The position numbers and the translations under genes were made by a program. From Terriglobia bacterium (GTDB taxonomy: Bacteria; Acidobacteriota; Terriglobia; 20CM-2-55-15), in the NCBI GenBank assembly GCA_965198225.1, contig CBDAOY010000005.1, positions 64,001-128,000 on the forward strand: a stretch of 64,000 nucleotides of DNA, given 5' to 3'. This document shows positions 60,547 to 64,000 of this stretch, piece by piece. The notes beneath the pieces are model-generated. The model was given only the letters and a program-made list of their open reading frames with translations, was not told the DNA's origin and ran no database searches. Positions within the stretch are counted from its first letter, which is position 1. Every line of letters begins with the position of its first letter.

Positions 60547-61862
60547 CAGTAGTGTCCGACACGTTTCAGAATAGATTCAATTGGTTAGCGTTAGAGTGTC
60601 GATTTGAGATGAGCCCGGATTCGGTAAGCAGCTGAAAAAGAGGCACATTCTCAAATGGTGTGACACTCAAGATCTGTAACATTGAGTGCAACGACAAAGG
60701 CAAATTCAGTTCTTTACGCACGATAGCCACCAGCACGTAAACGCTCACGGCGACCCAGACCTGAGTTTTGACGGCGTTCTCGGAAGTGCCGAAGAAACGC
60801 TTGATGCGCAGGTGCTGTTTGATCCATTTGAAGAACAGCTCCACCTGCCAGCGCAGGCGATACAACTCGCAGATGGTCCGGGCTGGGAGCGTCATGTGAT
60901 TGGTCAAGAAAACCAGTCGCCGACCCTCGGGATCGCGATAACGAATGCGACGCAACCGTTCGGGGTAGCCGCGGCGGGAGCGAAATACGGTCAGTTCGAT
61001 AGTCTGATCGCAGATGAGGCCCGTGTGTCGGTCGACGGGTTGGGAGTAGATGCGCTTGAACGCGAAGTCGGATCGAGCACGGGTGACGAAGAAGCTCCCG
61101 GCTTGATTGAAGGTGTAGAGGCGATCGAAGTCGAGATAGCGCGGTCCATCACGTAGAAAGCACCGGCTTCGGCGATGAGCAGGTCGAGAACGTTGACGTC
61201 GTGCAGCCTGCCTTCGGAGATGTGGATGAAGCTGGGGATACCGCCACGCAGGTCGAGCAGCGTATGAAGCTTCACCGCGGCTTCGGTCTTTCGAAAGTGC
61301 GCCCAAGGGAACAGCGACAAGCACAGACTGATCATCGTGGAGTCGAGCGCGTAGACGGTTTCGTCCAGGTCGATCCCGAGCGGCTCGTGGGCATACAAGC
61401 GGCGTGCGATGCGGATCAGCGCCTGAGCGAACTCTCCGTAGATGCGCCAGTCGCGAGACTCGTTGGCATCGGCCAATGCACTGCGGCTGACCTTCCCGTG
61501 CAACCCCAGGTGGTAGAGCTTGGCGGGTTGGGCTCGCAAGCAGGCTTGAATGTCGCGCAGGCTCTCCCGATAGGTCAGCTGAGCGAAGGCCATGCATAGG
61601 AACTGGTCCAGGCAACTGAATGTGCGGACGTTGAAATTGCCGCGGTACTTGGTCACCAGACGACGGAACGTATACCACGGCGCGAACTCCATGACTTGTG
61701 CGAAGACCAGCTTGCCAGCGTGCATCGGTGCCTCCCAGAAACCTCTGGAAAGGCTGCCGCGAAGGCCGCACAGAAATCAAATCGTTAACACCTTGACAAG
61801 CGCGCTACATCGCGTCAGTTCTAACTTTAGGACCGGGAGGTCCTAAATCTGTCGGACACTAC
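60547..61862 (-). mobile_element. IS4-family element (DUF4372 type)
   Basis: TIRs GTAGTGTCCGACACGTTT (60549-60566) / AAATCTGTCGGACACTAC (61845-61862); flanking direct repeat ATCGGGTGG(C) at 60538 and 61863. Confidence 0.9.
60566..61725 (-). pseudogene. IS4 transposase with 1-nt frameshift near 61140
   Basis: MHAGKLVFAQ..QFLCMAFAQLTYRESLRDI..ALDST..KLHTLLDL..MDR, shift, YLDF..YRLRWQVELFFKWIKQHL. Confidence 0.9.
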
Positions 61863-61926
61863 ATCGGGTGGCTTCGTACAATGCGCGCAACTTGTTTCGC
61901 GTACATTCAATGATTAGGAGAACCCC

Positions 61927-62682
61927 ATGAAACGGTTTCTTATTGTGTCTAGCCTTGCACTGGTACTTCTTTTCTCTTTCGGGTGTGCACCTGGCGAAGA
62001 GGATGCTCCTCCCATGCCGGAGGTGATGCTTGATGCGGTTGAGGCCGATCCTGATCACTATCCCGCCGAGTTCGAAAACGATGTCATTCAGGTGATCCGT
62101 ATCGGATACGGCCCGGGCGAGCAGTCGGTCATGCATTCGCATCCGGCCAATTGTACGGTCGCGTTGACCGACACGATGTTCACGATGACGCCCCAATCAG
62201 GGGAGCCCACAACAAATGAGGGCACGGCGGGAAACGTCGGCTGTGACGACGCCGTGGTTCACCTTCCCGAAAACGTCGGGGGCGCGGACGCGGAGATCGT
62301 GATGATTGCGCTCAAAGGTCGCGAGACGTTCGATTCGGACTCGGCCGGGCCGGCAGTGACCGGTTTTTCGGATATGCCGGACGCCGTGACGGCCGACCCG
62401 GAACATTACACGGTGGAGTTTGAGAACGACCTTCTCCGCGTGCTCCGTATCCGGTACGGTGCTGGTGAGGCCTCCGTCATGCATGCGCATCCGGCCGGAT
62501 GTGCAGTGTCTCTCACAGAACAGAGCGTACAGTTCACCCTCCCTGACGGAACGGTAGAGGAACCGGTCGATCAGCCAGGAGGCGTGACGTGCAATAACGC
62601 CTCGGTGCACCTGCCGGAGAATACGGGGGACACGCCATTTGAACTTATCTTTGTGGAACTGAAAAACCGCGAGACGTTTTAA
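61927..62682 (+). CDS. Lipoprotein with two tandem cupin-like domains
   Basis: Lipobox FSFGC; duplicated DAV.ADP.HY..EFEND..R.YG.GE.SVMH.HP..HLPEN. Confidence 0.82.
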   Translation: MKRFLIVSSLALVLLFSFGCAPGEEDAPPMPEVMLDAVEADPDHYPAEFENDVIQVIRIGYGPGEQSVMHSHPANCTVALTDTMFTMTPQSGEPTTNEGTAGNVGCDDAVVHLPENVGGADAEIVMIALKGRETFDSDSAGPAVTGFSDMPDAVTADPEHYTVEFENDLLRVLRIRYGAGEASVMHAHPAGCAVSLTEQSVQFTLPDGTVEEPVDQPGGVTCNNASVHLPENTGDTPFELIFVELKNRETF

Positions 62683-62770
62683 GAGCACTACTACAGAAAT
62701 CACTACAGCCTGCCCAAAAGCGCCGTTCGTGCTCTTGCGTTCCTGCCAGCTGAACGGAGTCGAAAAGCTT

Positions 62771-62805
62771 TCAATGAGCCCGGAAGGAATCGAACCTTCA
62801 ACCTA
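62771..62805 (-). repeat. Second tRNA 3'-end remnant (att site)
   Basis: TCAATGAGCCCGGAAGGAATCGAACCTTCAACCTA matches 59184-59218 with 3 mismatches. Confidence 0.78.
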
Positions 62806-62943
62806 TTTAGATTGTCGTTGGGACAAAGGTGGCTGGTTGACCGAGAAGCGTGGAAACACCTGGTTCGGGACGTCAACCAGATCGTCCGGACAATGCCGCT
62901 CTGGAAGCTGCAGATGTTGGGACAAAGTGCTCGGAGTGGGCGG

Positions 62944-63261
62944 TCAGCTCACAGTTGCGATCGGCCGGATCTTCTCATAATCCTTCCGATGAGCCTGGAG
63001 CGTGTCCCATGCGTCCACGGCTTCCTGCATGCGAATCCAGGTCGACGGGTCCATGTTGAAAAGCCTGCCCAACCGGTACGCCATATCAATGGTGACGCTG
63101 CGCTTTTCAGTGACGATCTCGTTGATCGTCTGACGCGACACCCCGATCAACCCTGCCAGACGGCCCTGGGTCATGTCGAGATGCGGCAAGATCTCTTCTC
63201 GAAGCAACTCGCCCGGATGCGTCGGCCGCCGCTTGCGATTGTTCAGAACATCGGACTTCAT
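62944..63261 (-). CDS. higA: HigA antitoxin (Xre HTH)
   Basis: PTHPGELLREE, GVSRQTINEIVTEKRSVTIDMAYRLGRLF, WIRMQ. Confidence 0.92.
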   Translation of the reverse strand: MKSDVLNNRKRRPTHPGELLREEILPHLDMTQGRLAGLIGVSRQTINEIVTEKRSVTIDMAYRLGRLFNMDPSTWIRMQEAVDAWDTLQAHRKDYEKIRPIATVS

Positions 63262-63262
63262 T

Positions 63263-63541
63263 TCAGTGGTAGTCCTCCAAATCGAGGCCGAATACATCGC
63301 CGTTTTCGATCCGAAAGGTCATCCGGTAATTTCCAGTGACCGTGATCGCCCACTCGCCTGCGCGCTTGCCTTTGAGCGGGTGCAGGTTCCAGCCAGGAAC
63401 ATTCACGCCATCGACGTTTTGCGCGGCGTCCAACACGTCGAGCCGCCTTTCGATCCGTTTTCGCATGTTTGCCGGTATGGATTTCGATGCGCCTGCCTCA
63501 AATAACTCTTTCAGTCCTTTATGACGGAAAGTCCTGATCAC
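63263..63541 (-). CDS. higB: HigB (RelE-superfamily) toxin
   Basis: IRTFRHKGLKELF, PGWNLHPLKG, ITVTGNYRMTFR, LEDYH. Confidence 0.92.
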   Translation of the reverse strand: MIRTFRHKGLKELFEAGASKSIPANMRKRIERRLDVLDAAQNVDGVNVPGWNLHPLKGKRAGEWAITVTGNYRMTFRIENGDVFGLDLEDYH

Positions 63542-63548
63542 CACCCAC

Positions 63549-63577
63549 AGTGTAAGGTGTCAGTTGACACCTGTCAA
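63549..63577 (-). promoter_or_regulatory. higBA promoter with palindromic operator
   Basis: Minus strand TTGACA (63577-63572), 17 bp, TACACT (63554-63549); IR AGGTGTCA-GT-TGACACCT (63555-63572). Confidence 0.8.
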
Positions 63578-63609
63578 ACAGGCTGCCGGCTCTTGCCGGT
63601 TGCGTGTAG

Positions 63610-63714
63610 ATCCTGCCGATGACCAGCGTCGGCGATATCCTCTTTACCAAGTTTCAGACCAGTTTCTACGCCGATCCGAGCGATGCGGTCTTCAAGGCGT
63701 TGGGAGTGGGGTAG
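63610..63714 (+). pseudogene. C-terminal scrap of the BREX Lon-like protein BrxL
   Basis: ILPMTSVGDILFTKFQTSFYADPSDAVFKALGVG* resembles the BrxL C-terminus as I recall it. Confidence 0.6.
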
Positions 63715-64000
63715 GCGCTGTTAGGGGGCGAGCCTGGGTCTTGACTCCTTGAGAAAGTTACTTTGCCGGGAATTCTAATTGTCGTTGGGACAAAGGTGTC
63801 TGGTTGAAGGTCCTTATTATTGCGTCAATTGACCGGCTACGCCGGCCGCGGCCGCAGCAGTTGAATCAGCCTCCGAATGATTTGCTCGAGCACTGGCGGA
63901 CGGAGTCTGCCAATTTCCACAATCATGACATCGTTGCTGGCGGTGAACAGTTTGCCCGGTCTGGCGTAGCTGGTTCTTTCAAGTAAGCCAGAGGAAAGAT

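Overview
GC-rich bacterial window, most likely Acidobacteriota (inferred from the DUF1501 + DUF1549/DUF1553 pair and an ADOP-type ABC permease remnant). It has two parts. About 0.6-28.1 kb is intact, core-like chromosome: NHL protein, FGE-sulfatase/DUF1501/DUF1553 operon, a WYL-cupin-YhaN/YhaO operon, gpmA, TetR, ilvE, a two-component system and an AddAB-like helicase-nuclease, with the 5' half of a group II intron at the left edge and nested REP/MITE elements. About 28.2-64 kb is an accessory/defence region: a dense toxin-antitoxin cluster in which antitoxins mostly survive and toxins are clipped or frameshifted, a Fic gene preceded by a 24-bp periodic repeat array, a GntR-flanked operon encoding a PEMT-like methyltransferase and a diiron-like hydrolase/alpha-oxoamine synthase fusion, a type 3 BREX locus truncated by an IS21 element, an intact SNF2 helicase + Mre11-like nuclease + Rad50/SMC-like ATPase operon (the best candidate for an undescribed defence system), two tRNA-Lys 3'-end att remnants, an IS4 element, HigBA and a brxL scrap. 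All family calls come from motif recognition by eye; no database searches were run. Several single-base frameshifts could be sequencing errors.
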